Shown here: positions 61,180-64,000 of the stretch, one piece after another
How the letters are laid out: every line of letters starts with the position of its first letter
How positions within the stretch are numbered: the stretch's first letter is position 1
Origin: Octopus vulgaris
Lineage: Eukaryota
DNA: 64,000 bases
Assembly (NCBI GenBank): GCA_951406725.2
Contig: OX597814.1
Span: 152,830,001 to 152,894,000, forward strand
Direction: 5' to 3'
Notes under the pieces: model-generated
What the model saw: only the letters and a program-made list of their open reading frames with translations
Databases searched by the model: none
What the model was told of the DNA's origin: nothing
Made by a program: the position numbers and the translations under genes

Positions 61180-61824
61180 TCAAATTTTGGCACAAGGCTA
61201 GCAATTTGGGGAAGGGTGCAAATCAATTACATTGACCACAGTGCTCAACTGGTACTTATTTTATTGACCCTAAAAGAATGAAAAGCAAAGTCAACCTTGG
61301 TGGAATTTGAACTCAGAATGTAAAGACAGATGAAATACCACTAAGCATTTTGCCTGGCATGCTAATTAATGGCTCTGCCAGCTTCCTGCCTTAATGATAA
61401 TAATCATTTCTATTATAGGCACAGGGTCTGAAATTTTGGGGGAGAGGGATAGTTGATTACATCAACTGGTACTTATTTAATTAACCCTGAAAGGATGAAT
61501 CAATCAACTTACCATACCCTTCAAATTTGCTGGCTTTGTATCAAAATTAGAAAGAATTATCATTATTTTTATTATTATTATTATTATTATTATTAAGGCA
61601 GCAAGCTGGCAGAATTGTTAGCATGCCGGGCGAAATGTTTAGCAACATTTCATCTGTCTTTACATTCTGAGTTCAAATTCCACCAAGATCAACTTTGCCT
61701 TTCATTCTTTTGGAGTCGATAAATTAAGTACCAGTGAAACACCGAGATCTATGTAATTGACTTGTCCCATCCCCCAAAATTTCAGGCCTTGTGCCTATTA
61801 TAGAAAGGATTATTATTATTATTA

Positions 61825-61861
<37 letters not shown>

Positions 61862-62070
61862 TACTACTACTACTACTACTAAGGTGGCGAGCTGGCAGAA
61901 TTCTTAGCATGTCTTGCAAAATGCTTCATCCACCTTTACATTTTGAGTTCAAATCCTGCCACGGTTGACTTTACCTTTCATTCTTTTAGGGTTGGTAAAT
62001 AAGTAGCATTCTGATTGACTAGCTCCCTTCCTCCGAATTTCAGGCTTTGTGCCTATAGTAGAAAGGAGTA
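61180..62070. mobile_element. Cluster of at least 4 SINE family 1 copies in both orientations
   Basis: Minus copies at about 61180-61392 and 61400-61500; plus copies at about 61594-61810 and 61880-62070; separated by (TTA)n/(CTA)n. Confidence 0.78.
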
Positions 62071-62110
62071 TTATTATTGGTGTTTTATGATTAAAATAGA
62101 CCATTATTAA

Positions 62111-62281
<171 letters not shown>

Positions 62282-64000
62282 TGAATTGGATTGTCTTGCA
62301 ATTAGAAGGGCACAAAGACAATCACTGTGCATAAATGCATGCTCCACCTCACACATCAGCATCAAGCATCACTTTAATGTTCACTTTTCCAAGTTCTCAT
62401 GAATCAGGCAGAGTTTACTGAGGCCAGTTTTCTATGGCCAGATGCCCTTCCTGTCACCAACCCTTACTTTTTTCCATGCAAGGTAATATTTCTCCTAGGC
62501 CAGATATGTTTCTACAGAATATTGGAAATGAACAACACTGCTTGTATGACAGTGGCACTCGTTTACAACTATCATGCAATGTCAAGACAAGGAGACACAA
62601 ACATACACACACATATACATATGTGTGTACAACATATGTATATACATATAAATATGTGTGTACACATATACATATGTGTGTACAACAGACCTCTTTCAGT
62701 TTTATCTTTGTATTTTTTTTTTTTAATAGGAATGCTTTGAGAGTGTTTGTGGACCGATGAGTGAATTTAATGTTGCTCAAAGGGGTACGGAACCATCATG
62801 ATGCAGCAGGGGTAAACCAGATTATGCTTTTGGGCCCTGCTGCTGATACAATTACTTTTCCAATTACTGAGTTTTGTTCTTGTGGAATTATTCTCCTAGT
62901 ACTAACTATCAAGCAGAATTAGTTATCTCTCTAGTTATTCATTTGATTCTATCTATTTAGTATCTGCAACACTATGAAAATATCCATTATTCACAGAGCA
63001 GAATAAGTTAGTGTACAGTGGTGAGGGACAAGAAACCTGGTATTCTGAGTACTCTGTGAATATCTTATACTTATTTTTCCCACATAGAGATTATCACTAG
63101 CTTCTTCAGATTCTGTTTGCTTTGATGTCTCCTAGAAGTGGGTCTTTGCAGTGAAGTTCAAACCTGAGGTTGTACTGGGAACATCTATCTGTTATATTCA
63201 CAATAAAAAACAAAATTCACTTAGATGAATAAAACCTTAAAACATCCTATTCTTTTTCTCCCTATTATATACAAACTTATTAAAACCTTTAATTTTTACT
63301 ATAGCTAGTTATTAGAAAGAGAGATTTCAAAGGAATAAGTGTCTGTCATATGAATTTCATTAGCTTACAGTTGTTTCTGCTATAAGATGCAGCGGACTCT
63401 TAGTTGAGTGCCTGTATAACACCTTATAACGTCACCAGAGCCTCGACTATAAGATAAATCATTTATTGCCCTGTCATCTCTCTTTCTTATTACTGCTATT
63501 TACTCAGCCAACACTTCGTTCTGAAACATATGTATATTGAGTTCTACACAGGGTTATTGATCTTGCAATACCCAAGCATAATATTAGCTAATCATATTTG
63601 TAAACTGAAGCTAATCAATGTGTGATAAATTGGCAGAAGAGATAATTTTGTTTCATTGTAAACTAATTAAAAATACACACACACAGTAAGATTAAATTAT
63701 AACACTAAAATATCACATTTATGTATTCATTTTGCAAGATTCTTGATGTGAAATCGTATGTTGAAACAGATATTGTTGTATTTGGGGTGGTCATGATGCC
63801 AATTTAACCAATGAAAGCACACACACACACTATTTATTTAGTGTTCATTTGCTTCTGCTTATTTCATATTAGTTATATTTCAGTCAAAGTTCTTTCATCA
63901 CACTTCTGTGACCTCATCAGTGGTCCTTTGCTTTCTTCTTTCTTTTTTGTGTCTCTCCTTCCTGCATTATCAGTATTCCCTGTTTATTCACATTTATTTT

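Overview
AT-rich, repeat-dense animal genomic DNA. The SINE families, RTE/CR1 LINE debris and very long microsatellites suggest a coleoid cephalopod, probably Octopus (inference). The window holds one host gene on the + strand: a peroxisomal trans-2-enoyl-CoA reductase (PECR-like SDR). I read seven coding exons by hand (808 nt, open frame, all GT-AG), spread over about 61 kb with a 30-kb intron 3; the final exon appears to lie beyond the window. The main surprise is two intact copies of the first coding exon (1401-1512 and 14943-15054), 13.5 kb apart. Both carry the Rossmann TGGxTGxG motif and a phase-1 donor, and I found only one set of downstream exons. The copies differ at 9 nt, 8 of them non-synonymous, while their flanks are much more diverged. 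The rest is transposon-derived: a near-full-length decayed RTE LINE, CR1, R4-like and RTE fragments, non-autonomous Helitrons (including a head-to-tail trimer), hAT, piggyBac, mariner and Merlin-like DNA elements, dozens of SINEs, several intronic fold-back structures, and microsatellites. Most ORFs in the supplied track are microsatellite or TE artefacts. TE boundaries without TSD evidence are approximate.
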